Source: Escherichia phage vB_EcoM_Lutter | DNA length: 64,000 nt | Direction: 5' to 3' (one strand) | Sequence record: NC_054924.1 | In this document: in pieces, positions 63,062 to 64,000 of the stretch | Layout: the number at the start of each line of letters is the position of its first letter | How positions within the stretch are numbered: the first letter of the stretch is position 1 | Position numbers and translations under genes: made by a program | The notes under the pieces: model-generated | Database searches by the model: none | What the model was told of the DNA's origin: nothing | The model's input: the letters and a program-made list of their open reading frames with translations, nothing else

Positions 63062-64000
63062 TTATTTAAATTGTTCAGTAACGTCTTCAACTACTTCGTA
63101 TTGGCAGGTACGCATTTTAGCGTCGTTGTAATCAATCGGAATTGATACTACATCGCGAGGATGTACTTTAACTTTTACGACTCGGCTGGTTGAACTGCCA
63201 AAGTGACGAATATAAGATTTAGAACACACATGCAGACCACGAGAACAAGTTTGTGTATCATCGTCATTCACACGAGTACGTGGCATTTTAACTACTTTAC
63301 CAGGACTGTTATCAAAGGTATTTGAGTGACAGTCAAAGTAATTACTACGAACTACTTTCCAAGCATAGAAGTAACCATCTTCTGTAATTTCAATATCATT
63401 TGCTACCAAGAAATCAAAGAGTCGAGATACCGCTTTTTGGCTTGGGTTTTCCAACAGATTTTCCAAGAACGGAAAATAAAATTCAAAGTTTTCACCTTTT
63501 TCCATCGAGTCAAGAATACGATCAACCAAACCAGACCGTAATTCGATATTTTGATAGAACAAGCTTCCGCCTTCAATTCGAACATCGCCGGAAATATATT
63601 TTTCAACAGCGCGACGAACATTAATTTTTTGTGCCGCTTCTTCCAACTTATCTGCTACAAGCAGATTAAGAATTTCCTGGAAGTTTGAATGAGTATTAGG
63701 AGTTGCGTTATAAGTTACACCGTCAACGGTAATTGAAATGAATTTTTTAGATGCATTCCAAATAATGTCAGATTTAGCAACTGGAGCAATAGCTGCATCG
63801 CTATTAACTTTAACTGTAATATCACCGCTAATAGTAACTTTAGAGCGTTTAGCTTCTTCAGCATTTTTCAAAACACGACGGATTGTGTCAACCGATACAC
63901 CTTGCCAATCAGCCAATTCCTGCTGAGTGTAATTACCACTTGAATACAGCTTAACAATTTCAGCTTGTTCGTTTTTGGTCAGGCATTTAATATTGTACAT
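63062..64000 (-). CDS. rIIB: RIIB lysis-inhibition / rapid-lysis protein
   Basis: 312 aa; start codon at the last three bases of the window; N-terminus MYNIKCLTKNEQAEIVKLYSSGNYTQQELADW. Confidence 0.9.
   Translation of the reverse strand: MYNIKCLTKNEQAEIVKLYSSGNYTQQELADWQGVSVDTIRRVLKNAEEAKRSKVTISGDITVKVNSDAAIAPVAKSDIIWNASKKFISITVDGVTYNATPNTHSNFQEILNLLVADKLEEAAQKINVRRAVEKYISGDVRIEGGSLFYQNIELRSGLVDRILDSMEKGENFEFYFPFLENLLENPSQKAVSRLFDFLVANDIEITEDGYFYAWKVVRSNYFDCHSNTFDNSPGKVVKMPRTRVNDDDTQTCSRGLHVCSKSYIRHFGSSTSRVVKVKVHPRDVVSIPIDYNDAKMRTCQYEVVEDVTEQFK

Overview
This window reads as a contiguous ~64 kb stretch of a T4-like (T-even) Escherichia phage genome, running from the 3' end of major capsid gene 23 to rIIB; I did not find a novel defence or other undescribed system in it. 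Gene calls rest on recognising protein sequences, lengths and synteny from memory of phage T4, not on any database search. The window holds head genes (23, 24, hoc, inh), recombination genes (uvsW, uvsY), the baseplate and tail cluster (25, 26, 51, 27, 28, 29, 48, 54), alt, DNA ligase 30 with a run of small early genes, rIII, 31, cd, pseT, a spanin pair, alc, rnlA, denA, nrdB, mobE, nrdA, an intron-split td with I-TevI, frd, 32, 59, 33, dsbA, rnh, long tail fibre genes 34-38, holin t, asiA, arn, motA, 52, stp, ndd, denB and rIIB. No tRNA, rRNA, CRISPR array, integrase or transposase was seen. It is not T4 itself: gene 37 is long (1291 aa) and is followed by a glycine-rich gp38 adhesin of the T2 type, nrdB is uninterrupted, and no ORF lies between 23/24, inh/uvsW or 32/59 where T4 carries segD, segE and segG. 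The most interesting items are an extra 115-aa ORF between frd and td (a junction that overlaps in T4), a decayed partial copy of the alt 5' region, a 54-bp promoter/leader module repeated exactly at two loci, a YbiA/NADAR-like ORF and an adjacent HAD-like ORF upstream of ligase, and a ~355-bp ORF-free stretch downstream of rIII.
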